From the NCBI GenBank assembly GCA_937625935.1, contig OW569344.1, forward strand, positions 62,001 through 126,000: a stretch of 64,000 bases of DNA, given 5' to 3'. A program made the position numbers and the translations under genes. This document shows positions 11,986 through 23,762 of this stretch, piece by piece (the first letter of the stretch is position 1; every line of letters begins with the position of its first letter). The DNA is from Tetramitus jugosus. Its lineage: Eukaryota; Protista; Heterolobosea. A model generated the notes under the pieces. That model was not told the origin of the DNA and did not search any database. It was given only the letters and a program-made list of their open reading frames with translations.

Positions 11986-12560
11986 AACTACAATCGATAG
12001 AGATTTTGATGTGTAGTTTCCACTACCTTTTCTAATGCTCGACTGCAGGTATTCCCTGCTCTGAATCTGATATTCTAGATTTGATGAACTCTTATCGATT
12101 GGCTGTAGACGAGATTATCTCCCATGAGCCAGATCTTTGCGATTCTTGTTATTCATTTCTCGCACTGGCATATCGTGCATTGAAGCAGTACGCATCTTCC
12201 AAAACAGAATGGCTGGATGAAAAAGAGAAGCAAATGGAGTCAATTCTAGAAAGCATTCCGTATGATGATGAGGATGAATAATTGTTTTACTATTTCAGTA
12301 GTGAATGGTGCATGAGTTTATGGGCATGACATCAAATAAATACAAGCAAATGAATTGCTAATGTCGTTGTTGTTGTTGTTGTAACTGTCCACCTTGTTTG
12401 GTGTTGGTCAATGGATTCTTCTTCATCCACCGTTACACAACAACAGCAACTCTCAGGTGTGCATTCATAGTGTGGTGAAAACACCTCCAAAGAGTGACAT
12501 CAATATTTTGAGATTCATAAGGTACATCGTTGTTGTAGTTTGACACAAAACAAGAAGCCC

Positions 12561-13478
12561 CTAGTTTTGCTTCTTGCTCAACACTTCTTCTTCTTTTTCT
12601 TGTTGTTGTTGCTGAGGCTTCTTTCCAGCCACAGAAATTGTCTCTCCAGTCAAATACTTGCGCACATAAAAGGCACAGAATTGATAAATGAGAACACAGT
12701 TCGTAAAGTGAGAATACATGCCAGCATAGTATCCCTGAGTGCACTGATGCGTATTCTTGACATAGATCCAATAGACTACGAGCAAGAATCCACTCCACAA
12801 TTGAATAATTTGACCAGCAGTCATCAAGCTCTTCCATGAAACAGTCTTTCCATTCGCAGCAATATAATAATAATAGTACATAAAGGTATGAACCAGAGAG
12901 TTGACCAAGACGCACCACCAAGCACCCACCAACCATCGATCAGACAACATGAACCAAGTAGCAGACACCATGACCAAGTGATGATAGACGTGCAAGAAAA
13001 TGAGTGGTTTTCTCTTGACTACCAACAACACAGTGTCCAACAATTCATAGTACTTTGACAAGTGGAAAATGTAGATCCAGAAACCAATGGGTCCATCGAG
13101 AGCAGTTGATTCTTGTCCTTCAGGGGCATCCTTTGGGCAAATGAGACCACGGAAAATGCTTCCATTGGCCTCAGAGTGAAACACGCGGGTATAGGCAGCG
13201 TAAATGACACCAATAAACATGGAAAAGGAGAGAGCTACCATGAAAATGTTGTGAACTTGAGTCAAAAAGTGGACCAATCGACCAGATTTGTGCTTTGGGT
13301 CGACGCTCTTACCAGAGGTCAATTGGATAAAGTGTTTGAGACCGTAGATGACCACGAGATAGCCAATGGAGCCAATGAGAGGAGCCTTGTAGTTCATACC
13401 AAACATGTCATCAGCCACCTTAAAGTTGTTCATCTTGGACAACAGTGAATCCATGGAGGATACCAAAAGCTCTTGCAT
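12561..13478 (-). CDS. ELO/GNS1/SUR4 fatty acid elongase
   Basis: SKYYELLDT, FLHVYHH, NSLVHTFMYYYY and T..QIIQ signature motifs. Confidence 0.96.
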   Translation of the reverse strand: MQELLVSSMDSLLSKMNNFKVADDMFGMNYKAPLIGSIGYLVVIYGLKHFIQLTSGKSVDPKHKSGRLVHFLTQVHNIFMVALSFSMFIGVIYAAYTRVFHSEANGSIFRGLICPKDAPEGQESTALDGPIGFWIYIFHLSKYYELLDTVLLVVKRKPLIFLHVYHHLVMVSATWFMLSDRWLVGAWWCVLVNSLVHTFMYYYYYIAANGKTVSWKSLMTAGQIIQLWSGFLLVVYWIYVKNTHQCTQGYYAGMYSHFTNCVLIYQFCAFYVRKYLTGETISVAGKKPQQQQQEKEEEVLSKKQN

Positions 13479-14114
13479 CTTTTTTTATATGTGTGTTAGT
13501 GTTTTAGTGTGTTTTGTTGTTGGTGTTTTAATGTGAGAGAAGTTTGTTGCTTTAAAGTTTGAAAGGAAAAGCTAAACTTCCATGAAGAATTAGTGGTGTC
13601 GTGATATTCCCCCGTGGAGTTGATTCCGACAACCAGAGTGTGCTCCCCTCCGAACGACTTCCTGCATGTGTTTTTCAGCATTTGGTTGAACCATCGAACG
13701 CGAAATGAGTCGGGGGACTCAATTCCCGCAAACGCGCCATTTGTGTTAAACAAACTTCCGACACTTCTGTCTTTTCACACAAAATGTCATCCGATAGTGA
13801 CGTCAATCATAATTCAATTCCAGCACGCGGTTACAAATTCCATTATGGAAATTGAACGAGCTTTTTTATCAGTTACAAGTCCTGGACGCGTTCCTCTTCC
13901 AGCCCTTTACTGCTTTCGAAACCTCACCTTCTTTTTGATTTTGTCTTGTCGTTTAGGTATCGTGATACCACGAGGTTGTTCTCCTCGATGACAGCAATCC
14001 TTGAGTAATTCCTGCGGTGGCAATATCATTGTTGTTCGAAACCAAAACGATGTGTTTCCTGCAACGTCGCGAAGCGACAATCACAACATTCATGTTGTAT
14101 CAACAATGAGATTG

Positions 14115-16535
14115 TCACAAACTTGGATTCATGCCTAGCATTTGGAGGTACTTTTGTTCGTTTTGTAGAGTTAATTGATCGTGTGATCCCTGACACACCA
14201 GCCTACCAGTTTCAAGCATGACAATGTGGTCCACATAGGGAATGCAGCTCATGTCATGAGATATCAACAGAAGGGTCATCTTATTTTCCTTGATGAATTG
14301 CATGAGATTTGGCATAATACTTCTTCTCTTCTTGATAGGATCCATGGCACTCATCGACTCGTCTAGTACCACTATCCTTGCTTCCTTTCGGAGGAAAACT
14401 CGGGCGAGAGCAATCGATTGTGCAAAACCACCACTGATGTTTGCTCCACGAGCTTGTGTTGGCTGATTCAAGATCTTTAGCGCTCTCTTTCTTGAAATCT
14501 TCTTCTTGTTCGCTGTTCCTGTAGCAGTAGATGACTCGACAGAGTCTTGTGCTTGTTGAGGTTTACATTCTTGAACATTATTCTCCTCTGGTGCGTTCGC
14601 AGTAGTAACATGCTCGATGGGTTCTTGTTGATCTAGGTCCTCTTCTTCCACAGAGTCAATGTTGTCCGCATGCAATGTGGGCTCGGCAACTTCAGTTTCT
14701 TGATTGCTGACCTGTGATTTCTCGTTGTCACTAGCTTCAACAACAATAGCAGTGGGTTGTGGTTCCACAGCAAGTTTGGATTTCTTACGTCGTTCAGTCG
14801 ATAGCTTCTCGTCATAGAGGAATAGACCAGCGAGTCTAGCGGCGCGAATGACATCATTATCTGTTGCACTCGGGTTTCCAACGCGAATATTCTCCATGAC
14901 TGTGCCAGGGAAAATGTAAGGCTTTTGTGCAACGTACGATATCAAATTTCTCAAGGATTCTCTTTCAATCAAACTGTAGTCAATACCATTGAAAGCGATT
15001 GTTCCCGAGTTTGGCACATACAGCTTTGTCAACAGGTTCACCAAAGTACTCTTTCCACTTCGGTTCTCACCAATAATTGCATAAACTTTATCGGCTTCAA
15101 ACACGATCTGACCAGTAAAGTTCAGTGCTAGTAGTCCTGTGCTACGCCGAGAATAAGAAAATGCAATATCTTCAATCACCAATCGTTCGAAGTCATTAAC
15201 AGCAGTCGTTAGTTTCGTCTTCTCCTCCATAAAGTTTGGCAGACGCATCAACTCAACAACACGATTCTGTCGCTCAACAGTTCGCTTCGTCTGCATCAGA
15301 TAATTGCCTGTTCTTCTCATCAATTTTACCAAATGGTCAATATCGATCTGTACTTTCCGATATTGCTCAAAGTCCATGCTCTTCTTCTTCATTACCAGTG
15401 CGGCCACATAGACTTCGGACAAGAAATCAAACACTCCTCTTCGGGTGAACGTATTGTATACACGGTTGCCAAACATTCTAAAATCTTCCCAGCCATTAAA
15501 TTCCTTCTCAATAATCTCGTCATAATACCTCAATTCCATGCCTTGTAAATTATTGAGTTGAATATCCGTGAGACCATCCATCACATTGGTGAATAGCTCA
15601 GAGACTTTCGGCGTAGATACAACTGTTGTCAGTTTTCTTCTTCCCATAATCTGAGTCTTTGTCCAATCAACACACTTCCATACGACCATGGAACACATGG
15701 GTAATCCAACTGATAATAAATCAATTTGTGCTCTATTTGCATACAAATCTCTCGACTCTTGATAAATGGCATAGAACGAAGAGAACAATTTCGGTATAAT
15801 GGTACTGAACAGACGCAACGTCATGTGAATTTCATTTGAAATGCGATATTCGAGCTCTCTGCCCTGATACTCTCCAAACGCCCACACTTCACTGTACAAA
15901 ATCTTCTCTAGGACCAATCGCTTCACAACCAGTCGGTTCACCAACGTGACACGATTATTCAAATGCCTCTCCAAATTCTCTAATAAGCTATAAAGCACCG
16001 TATAAATAACATAATTCTGCGCCAGTGATGCAGTCAACTGTTTACCTGCAATCATCCGATTCTGTATCGTATTTCTGTCCGATCTCAATTTTTGTCCCAG
16101 TTTTCTTCGAGAGAAATACCAAGGCAACGCCTCCAGAATCATTGGCAACAAATAACTGACAAAAACATTCATGAAAAAGTGCATTTTTCGATTCTTCCAC
16201 AAGTATGAATAAAAAACAAACATGGGCGTGTTTTTTAGTCGATCCCACACTTCCATAACAAACTGATAGAATTGAGATGGATCTCTGAGCATAATCATGA
16301 TTTGTCGCACAATCAATCGTATATTTTGAGGCAGTGAAGCAATGGAACTCAGAGCATGTTTAATCTTGAGCTTGAGTCGCCTCAGTTTGAGTGCTGAGAA
16401 GACACTAGATGCATTGTCATGTGCATTGACATTATCATTGTCATTGTCACCATCAATGCCATTTATATCGAGGTCTCTCTCTGCGTAGAGAGCATCCTGT
16501 TCGTATTGATCTTGTTGAAGAGCAAAATAGGACAT
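14115..16535 (-). CDS. ABC half-transporter (ABCB-like, TMD-NBD) with divergent TMD
   Basis: Walker A GENRSGKST, Q-loop YVAQKP, signature ISGGFAQ, Walker B VVLDES, H-loop ISHD. Confidence 0.9.
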   Translation of the reverse strand: MSYFALQQDQYEQDALYAERDLDINGIDGDNDNDNVNAHDNASSVFSALKLRRLKLKIKHALSSIASLPQNIRLIVRQIMIMLRDPSQFYQFVMEVWDRLKNTPMFVFYSYLWKNRKMHFFMNVFVSYLLPMILEALPWYFSRRKLGQKLRSDRNTIQNRMIAGKQLTASLAQNYVIYTVLYSLLENLERHLNNRVTLVNRLVVKRLVLEKILYSEVWAFGEYQGRELEYRISNEIHMTLRLFSTIIPKLFSSFYAIYQESRDLYANRAQIDLLSVGLPMCSMVVWKCVDWTKTQIMGRRKLTTVVSTPKVSELFTNVMDGLTDIQLNNLQGMELRYYDEIIEKEFNGWEDFRMFGNRVYNTFTRRGVFDFLSEVYVAALVMKKKSMDFEQYRKVQIDIDHLVKLMRRTGNYLMQTKRTVERQNRVVELMRLPNFMEEKTKLTTAVNDFERLVIEDIAFSYSRRSTGLLALNFTGQIVFEADKVYAIIGENRSGKSTLVNLLTKLYVPNSGTIAFNGIDYSLIERESLRNLISYVAQKPYIFPGTVMENIRVGNPSATDNDVIRAARLAGLFLYDEKLSTERRKKSKLAVEPQPTAIVVEASDNEKSQVSNQETEVAEPTLHADNIDSVEEEDLDQQEPIEHVTTANAPEENNVQECKPQQAQDSVESSTATGTANKKKISRKRALKILNQPTQARGANISGGFAQSIALARVFLRKEARIVVLDESMSAMDPIKKRRSIMPNLMQFIKENKMTLLLISHDMSCIPYVDHIVMLETGRLVCQGSHDQLTLQNEQKYLQMLGMNPSL

Positions 16536-17570
16536 GCGACATTAATGATGATGAATCCTTGTTGGCCTACGCGTGGTGTTGTTGTCGTTTTTTGTGCGTG
16601 GTTTCGTTGTTGTGATAATTGATAATTTTTTTTAGATCGTCTTGGGACTAATTTCCGAAACATGGAGAAATTTCCCGAGTGTGAAGCGAAAACAAGCATT
16701 AAAAGACGGAGGGGCAACTACAGATGACTCCTAGAGACTCAAGTTATGGTTTGTTTGATTTGTGCTGTTGCTTCTGTTGGTTTGTCATGCTTCCGGAAGA
16801 ACTAGTGATTCCACATGAAGAGCTTTTCTCCAGAGTAGAATAACGCGGAATTCCTAATTGGACGGGCCGATGGAGCTGAGATGTTGTTTTCGATCTGGGT
16901 GGTGTTGCCCAGGACGTCAATCAACCAACAACCTGACAGTTCACAACAACAAACAACAATAAGTGTGGATATAAATCGAAATGTGAGTGACCCGAGCAGC
17001 CAAACCAAAGATTGGACAAACGGTCATTACAACAAGTAAAAAGGGAACTGTAACTGAACAGTGAGAGGCAACAACAATCACAGCGACGAAGTAAACAAGT
17101 GACTGTTCATAATACGATCATGCTTTGCATCAACCTCCAACAACAAACAATGACAAACAAGGAAAGCCTCCAAAAAAAACTTGAGCGATAAAAACTGCCG
17201 ATCCACAAAAAAAAACCACAAGAGAAAAAGAGATTTGTTTGATTTGGCCTCAAGTTGTTTTCTCCAGAGATTTTTATCCCATATCTCCAACCTTTACCAC
17301 CCGTAGATACCTTTTTTTGAGACAATAGAAAACAGTTGGAACTTTATCATATCATTTCATCAAAGCAGGCACTACTGAAATTTGAAGCGCCATTTATTGA
17401 ATCAACGATTTTTTCCGATAGAAAAAGGCAAGTATTTTCGGGGAAATATTTAATTCTCTGTAACGGAAAGCAATTGCGAGTTGATCCCGCGACTAACACT
17501 TGATTTTGTGTGATCATCATTCAACAGGCAACAACAACCTTTATACTCTCTTTTTGATAGATTGACAATC

Positions 17571-20500
17571 ATGGCACAACGAAGAAGAAAGAGCAATTTT
17601 GCTGCCAATGATTCATCTGATGAATCAGACTTTCGACCCACAACAACAACAACAACAGCAACAACAAATAGCAACAATAATAATACATCAGCGTCATCAT
17701 CAACAGACACAATTGGTGGTTCACGTACATTGCGCAATAGAAGCAACGTGAAACGATATGGTGATTTTGACAATGACTACACAAACGAAGAAGAAGAAGA
17801 AGAAGAAGACGATAATGCCATGCAGATTGACGATCATGGTGATGACAATGATGATGATGGTGGTGAGTATCAGGCAAGTGGAACAAAAAGTAGTAATAGT
17901 AATCGTAGTAGAAGGACCACAAGGACACGTACTTCCATATCATCAAGAACTACGAACAAGGGTGCTACGAGTTCAAACGGCAATAACAACAACACGATAA
18001 AAACACCACCAGCTCAACCATCAAATGTAAATTCATCAAGCAGCGCAGGTCATGCTCATATGGAGTCGTCCAATGGTGACACTTCAGTCATAACAGCTGA
18101 GGATGCATCCATGGAAGACGAAACAACAACAACAACACAAAAGAAGAGTAAAAAAGAAAAGAGTGGCAAGAGAGAAAAGAGGCGTATTCGAGTCACATTC
18201 AACGTACAAGACCCAGAGTCAGGCCAACAGTCGTCATCGACAGTGTACTTGTCCAAGAAGCATCTCAAGAAGCAAATAGAATTATCATCTCAGTTCACTG
18301 GATTAACGACAAAGGATGAAAAGACAGATGAGTTAGAAGGTAGGAAGACTGTCAAACAACAGGCTAAGACGCCAAAGAAGAGTGCAAGAGGCGGACCGAC
18401 AATCAATCCTGCCTTGTCTCCCGAAAGTCAGCTTCCAATCAAAATTGGTGCTATTCAGGTGAAGAGTTTGGGCACAATTGAATATGAGAATCCGAGTTTT
18501 CATACTGAGAACTACATCTTTCCTGTTGGATACAAGTCTGAGCGAGTTTATCCATCCTATGTTCATCCCGAGCAAAAAACAATTTATACTTGCGAGATAT
18601 TGAAGCAGAACGAAGCTCCAGTGTTTCGTATTGTTGCGTCTGATGACATCTCAAATGAGTTGACTTCTCAAACAGCAACAGGTGTTTGGAGCCTTGTCAT
18701 CAAAAAGATCAACTCAACTCGATCAAAGCCCTTGGCCACGGTGTCCGGACCAGAATATTTTGGTTTGAGCAATCAAAAGGTGCAACAGCTGATCGAATTG
18801 TTACCCAATGCGGACAAGTGTGCCAACTATCAAACAAAGTTTAATTACACTGACCAGGGACTATTAAATGGAGCCTCCTCTGCAACGAGCTCAAAGAGAA
18901 AGAGAACACGTACTCAATCGAAAAGGGGAGACGAGGAAACAAATGCATCCGAGAATGAAGATGATTCATCGAGATCACTCAGATCCAAAAAGAAGTCCAA
19001 GACATCCAATGCAAATGTAGATGAGGTAGAGCCAGAGGTCAAACGAAAAAAGAAGTCTGGTTCAAAGTCTCGCAAAGCCGAGGAGTCTACAGATGCGAAG
19101 AATAAAGGTAAAAGAAGACAAGCAGCAGTTGAAAGTAGCTCTGAGAGTGAATTGGAGTCACCTAATCCATTAGAGAATACGCCATATGAGGGAGTCCTCA
19201 GTATAGAAGATGAACCCCTTCCTCCACTCGAACCATTCGAGCTCAGATGGCTCTCGGAGAAAGCGCTTGTGTACCCTGGTCATGGTAATGCTGAATACTG
19301 GTATTGGAAGGAGAATCACTACACCTATGACCAAGTGTTACAGGCATACCAAGAATACAACAAGAAATATGCTCATACGCTTCACTCAAAGCAGAAGCAG
19401 ACTGCAGGTCAGTTTTTAGATAGGTTGATGAGTGACCAAAGAAGCAAACGATCGAAGGGAGTTTCTAATGTTGTGAGACCAACCGAACCTAAGGAACAGC
19501 TATCAGATAAGGAAACATTGAACACAATGTGGGAGTTTGCTTATCTTCTCTACAGCTTTGTATTATTGCGTCCTGTGCTGAAGTTTATGGATTTTGAACC
19601 AGCAGAGTTAGAGGATGCGCTCATTAATCCGCACAATCATAATGCACTTTTGACAGATCTCCATGTGAAGTTAGTTAAAGGTCCTGCACTTGATCCAAAG
19701 GCTATATCGTACCTTGAACCGAATTGTCTGTACTGGAAAACTATTCTGAAGAATAAGCTTGATGTCATCGAGGAGAGATATTGGCTTTGGAAAGTTAATC
19801 CAATGTTGGACAAAACGTACGAAGAGTTGCCAGTTGCTTGGAGAGTGATTGTTCTTAGGTCCTTACTTCTTTGGAAGTTTGATCATCAATCTAGAGTGTA
19901 TGACTTTTGTAGAAAGAAGTATGATGGCGATCGAGGAAGGATTGCTCCCATAGGTAAAGATTCAGCAGGTAATACATATTGGTACTTCGGAGAAGAAATT
20001 GGACGATTGTACGTTGAGACACCACCAGTAATGAAAAGTAGAGACAGTTCGGCAGAGTCATCATCTGCTAATCAGCACCATGATCCAAATATGATCATTG
20101 AGCGTACGGGGTCTTGGAACATTTTATGCTCGAATATGCAAGAGTTCAAAGACACTGCCCAATATTTTGCCTCTCTGCCTACAGAGGATGATAGAGAATT
20201 GGGTGAGTATATAACCGATAGTATTATTCCAAATCTGGAGGCTTATGAGTTTGAAAGAGAGAAGTTGAAGCAGGTAAAACTTGAAGAGGATATGATGAAG
20301 AAGGAGAAGGCCGCGAAGAGGAAGGCAGCACAAGCTGCCAAGCAGGCACAGGAGGAAGAAGAGGAAGCAGAGAATGGAGAAGAAGAAGAGATGGTTCAAC
20401 CTGAAGCATTCGTTGAGCCTATTGCTGATTCTGTACAAACTCCAAGGAAGAGAGGTAGGCCATCCAGGCTAGCATCGATGGCTCAAACTCCGTCTTCCGC

Positions 20501-21740
20501 CTCGTCGACCTATTCTGTCGGTTCGTCTGCTGCTGACACACCAGGTAGAAGGGCTCTGAGGCCTCGAAAGCAGCGTTATGCCTACACTGAAGAGGATGAA
20601 GATAAATCCAAGACGAAAGATGATGATGGCGAGTTTGTTGCTGCTGTTGAAGAAGATGATGAAGATGACTATCAAGTGGAGGAGGACGATGAAGCCGATG
20701 AGGAATATGTCGCAACACCAACCACTACTCGCAAGACAACACCAGCTCCTGAGAGTGCTACGAAGAGAACCAGAGGCAGACCACCCAAGGCTTCACCTGC
20801 ACCTCAAACCCCTCAATTTACAAGGGCTGCTAGCAGTTCGGTAGCAACTACTCCAAATCCAGCCTTTACTTCTCCGAATATGAACACGCTCGGATACAAT
20901 AATGTTAATTTACAGACGAGAGATGGTGTTCAATTGTACATTAACATGTACAGACAGCAGCAACTGATGCAACTGCAGCAGATGCAGATGCAAATGCTCC
21001 AGCAACAACAGCAATCAAATCCACAGACGCACCAGCAATTGCAAATGCTGCTCCAGCAACAACAACAACAGCAACAATTAACTCCACAGCAACAGCAGAA
21101 TTCTCAGTCAGGAGCCTTCTCTAGTATTTTAGGTTTGGCATCTCCTCAATCTGCGAACTCCATCGTACGTCCGAGCCCAATCATGTCTCCCCAGCCAAGT
21201 TCTTACTCTGCCTCTCAATTTGGTGCGAGTCAGTATGCCACGTCTGCGTTCCAAGCTCAATCACCACAACCATCATCATTCTCTGGTTCGGTGTTAAATT
21301 CTGGTTTTTATGGCAGTCAATCCGCCGCATCACCAATGTCACAAAACAGTGCCACTAGTTTCAATTATTTACAACCTCAGGTGCAACAAGTGATGCAGAC
21401 TATGAATCAACCGAGCCAACCATCGTCCAGCCCTATTCATCCACTCTTGGCGCAAATCCAGCAACAGACTCAACAACCCATGTCATCATTAATGTCACAA
21501 ATGCCTCAACAGCAGCAGCACCTTAATTTACAGCACCAACAACGACTTATTCAGCAGCATCAACAGTTGATGTCTCCACAGCAGCAGCAACAATTAATGT
21601 CGCCACTGCAACATCAACAACCACAGCAGCAACACCAACAGCATTTATTGACACAACAACAACACCTCCAGCAACAACAGAGTGGATCTTCTGTTGCTCC
21701 AACATCCGACGATTCCAACCTTGACTTTTTCTTGTTGTAA
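17571..21740 (+). CDS. Chromatin protein with FYRN/FYRC domain, DDT/WHIM-like region, AT-hooks and Q-rich tail
   Basis: SLGTI..FHTENYIFPVGY..YTCEI and SGPEYFGL..VQQLIELLPNADKC (FYR); RIAPIGKDSAGNTYWYF (WHIM/WSD); RKRGRP and TRGRPP AT-hooks. Confidence 0.88.
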   Translation: MAQRRRKSNFAANDSSDESDFRPTTTTTTATTNSNNNNTSASSSTDTIGGSRTLRNRSNVKRYGDFDNDYTNEEEEEEEDDNAMQIDDHGDDNDDDGGEYQASGTKSSNSNRSRRTTRTRTSISSRTTNKGATSSNGNNNNTIKTPPAQPSNVNSSSSAGHAHMESSNGDTSVITAEDASMEDETTTTTQKKSKKEKSGKREKRRIRVTFNVQDPESGQQSSSTVYLSKKHLKKQIELSSQFTGLTTKDEKTDELEGRKTVKQQAKTPKKSARGGPTINPALSPESQLPIKIGAIQVKSLGTIEYENPSFHTENYIFPVGYKSERVYPSYVHPEQKTIYTCEILKQNEAPVFRIVASDDISNELTSQTATGVWSLVIKKINSTRSKPLATVSGPEYFGLSNQKVQQLIELLPNADKCANYQTKFNYTDQGLLNGASSATSSKRKRTRTQSKRGDEETNASENEDDSSRSLRSKKKSKTSNANVDEVEPEVKRKKKSGSKSRKAEESTDAKNKGKRRQAAVESSSESELESPNPLENTPYEGVLSIEDEPLPPLEPFELRWLSEKALVYPGHGNAEYWYWKENHYTYDQVLQAYQEYNKKYAHTLHSKQKQTAGQFLDRLMSDQRSKRSKGVSNVVRPTEPKEQLSDKETLNTMWEFAYLLYSFVLLRPVLKFMDFEPAELEDALINPHNHNALLTDLHVKLVKGPALDPKAISYLEPNCLYWKTILKNKLDVIEERYWLWKVNPMLDKTYEELPVAWRVIVLRSLLLWKFDHQSRVYDFCRKKYDGDRGRIAPIGKDSAGNTYWYFGEEIGRLYVETPPVMKSRDSSAESSSANQHHDPNMIIERTGSWNILCSNMQEFKDTAQYFASLPTEDDRELGEYITDSIIPNLEAYEFEREKLKQVKLEEDMMKKEKAAKRKAAQAAKQAQEEEEEAENGEEEEMVQPEAFVEPIADSVQTPRKRGRPSRLASMAQTPSSASSTYSVGSSAADTPGRRALRPRKQRYAYTEEDEDKSKTKDDDGEFVAAVEEDDEDDYQVEEDDEADEEYVATPTTTRKTTPAPESATKRTRGRPPKASPAPQTPQFTRAASSSVATTPNPAFTSPNMNTLGYNNVNLQTRDGVQLYINMYRQQQLMQLQQMQMQMLQQQQQSNPQTHQQLQMLLQQQQQQQQLTPQQQQNSQSGAFSSILGLASPQSANSIVRPSPIMSPQPSSYSASQFGASQYATSAFQAQSPQPSSFSGSVLNSGFYGSQSAASPMSQNSATSFNYLQPQVQQVMQTMNQPSQPSSSPIHPLLAQIQQQTQQPMSSLMSQMPQQQQHLNLQHQQRLIQQHQQLMSPQQQQQLMSPLQHQQPQQQHQQHLLTQQQHLQQQQSGSSVAPTSDDSNLDFFLL

Positions 21741-21918
21741 ACAACCAAACAAACAATAAATGGTATCAAATAATATCACAAACTTTCCTTTTCCATAGTT
21801 CCCAGTATCACGGAACAAAGAAACGATACTGACCGGTCGCGAAATCCAGGAAAAAAACGACTGGCGAACCCAACTAAACAAGCAACAAACACAAAACAAG
21901 GACTACCAAGATAAACCA

Positions 21919-22854
21919 ATGGGCTTAAGACCAGAGATTTTTGGGATTTCACTCAAGGACTTTCTAGCAAGCAGAAGCTACGTCAAGGGCACAGAAGAGT
22001 ACGAGCAATTCCTGTCACAATGGAATCAGCACATTGACTCGGCAAAGAAGTCACAAGTGGATCAAGAAGAGCTTATTCCCTCCAATTTTAAAACACTGGG
22101 CGACGATGAAGATGATGGCAGTAATGATGGTGGTGAGGAAAAGGAATCGAGCGAAGATCAAAAGAGAGAGATGCAAGAGGAATTGGAGGCTAGAATGCAA
22201 GTGTTTGAGGACATTAGAGACACGATTGTGAATGAGTGGTTTGATGAAAATAAGGACAAGCAAGACAAGAAGGAAAAGAAGGAGGAAAAAGAAAAAGTTG
22301 AGAAACAAGAGAAAGAACAAGAAGAGGAGGAAGAAGCAGGTGATGAGGAAGAAGCTGTTGAAGGTGGTGAATATGATGACATGATAGAGAATGAGGAACA
22401 TATTCAAGCTGTGATCCACTTGTTTAACTTGTATGGAGAGAAGAATAGAGAAAAATTCGGCACGGAGATTGTTTGTGTGGGTTCCAATGATTGGAATCAT
22501 GGTGGTCTCTTTGATGAAGTTGAGGAATACTTTGGAGCTTTCCTGTCAGAAGAGGCACTGACAAACTTAAACCACATTTACAGGGGTCGTTGCTTATTCA
22601 GGGAGGATGGAGAACAAGATATCCAATGGTCTCATTATTCATACCTGTTTAATGCGGAGCTCACTCTGCTGAACAACGAATTGAAGTCCTTGTACGAAGA
22701 GTACAAGCATAGAAAAGATTCTGAACCCCAGCAAAAGAAGCAAAAGAGATTCCAAGTCTTGCCAGAGAATGTAGATCAATTCATTCAGGAATGCCTTGTT
22801 TGGTTCTCTGATATTTTGAGGAAGGATCTCGATTTCTTCATGTATACAATGTAG
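21919..22854 (+). CDS. Uncharacterised acidic protein (has an adjacent paralog)
   Basis: 311-aa ATG ORF; N- and C-terminal blocks conserved in the copy at 23040-23735. Confidence 0.8.
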   Translation: MGLRPEIFGISLKDFLASRSYVKGTEEYEQFLSQWNQHIDSAKKSQVDQEELIPSNFKTLGDDEDDGSNDGGEEKESSEDQKREMQEELEARMQVFEDIRDTIVNEWFDENKDKQDKKEKKEEKEKVEKQEKEQEEEEEAGDEEEAVEGGEYDDMIENEEHIQAVIHLFNLYGEKNREKFGTEIVCVGSNDWNHGGLFDEVEEYFGAFLSEEALTNLNHIYRGRCLFREDGEQDIQWSHYSYLFNAELTLLNNELKSLYEEYKHRKDSEPQQKKQKRFQVLPENVDQFIQECLVWFSDILRKDLDFFMYTM

Positions 22855-23039
22855 TATTGAAAAAGATCTGAGTAATTCGATCGTTATGATATCGTTGTTG
22901 TGCTTCCCCTCGCGTCTTCAAAGCTCTGAATCGAAATAAGGTATTATGCCGGTGTAACCACAAGTCAAGCTCTTTCTGACTTGAAGAAAACACGAACTCT
23001 TCCACAACTTTGCATTCATCCTTTTAACAACAACGAACG

Positions 23040-23735
23040 ATGGGATTACGACCAGAGATTTTTGGTGTTTCCCTCAAGGACTTTCTCTCCAGTAAGACCA
23101 CGCGAAAGGCACAGATGAGTATGAACAATTCATGGTCCAATTGGACCAGCAGATCGAATCGTCAAAGAAGGGATTACAAGAAGAGCGCAGTAACTTGAAG
23201 TTTAAATTGTCAACGTTGGGGGATGACGAAGAAGAACATGAAAGATGAGGACATGACAGAGAATGACAATCATATCCAAGCTGTGATTCTATTGTTTCAA
23301 ATGTATCGGGAAAAGTTTGGCCCAGACGTTGTTTGTGTGGGTTCTAATAGTTGGGATCAGGGTGTTCTCTTTGAAGAGATTGAGAGGTGTTTTTCCAGGT
23401 TGTCAGACGTTGCACTCGTAAGCTTAAACTACCTTTATAGGGGTCGTTGTCTTATCAAGGAGAATGGAATACAAGAAGAACTAGAAATCCGTTCAATTCA
23501 TTATTCATTCCTGTCCAATGCGGAGCTCACTCTCTTGAACAACGAATTGAAGTCCATGTACGAGGAGTACAAACAGAGGAATAATGATTCCGAACCCAAG
23601 CAGAAGAAGCAAAAGAGATTCATAGTTCTTCCCGAGAATGTAGAACAGTTCCTTCAGGAGTGTCTTGTTTGGTTCTCTGATATTTTGAAGAGGGATCTTG
23701 ATTTCTTCATGTATACAATAGAGTCCATGGAGTGA
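23040..23735 (+). pseudogene. Frameshifted tandem paralog of 21919-22854
   Basis: Starts MGLRPEIFGVSLKDFL at 23040; a 1-bp loss near 23099 shifts homology (KGTDEYEQF..TLGDDE) to another frame with a stop in the original frame; homology returns to the original frame near 23240. Confidence 0.75.
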
Positions 23736-23762
23736 ACTGTTGGAAAAGAATGAAAGAATAGT

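Noticed and set aside
12049-12281. Extra exon or small gene after the NTase gene
   Set aside because: A plausible acceptor (CTAAT...CAG at 12048) exists, but I could not assign a convincing donor or start, so it is not called.
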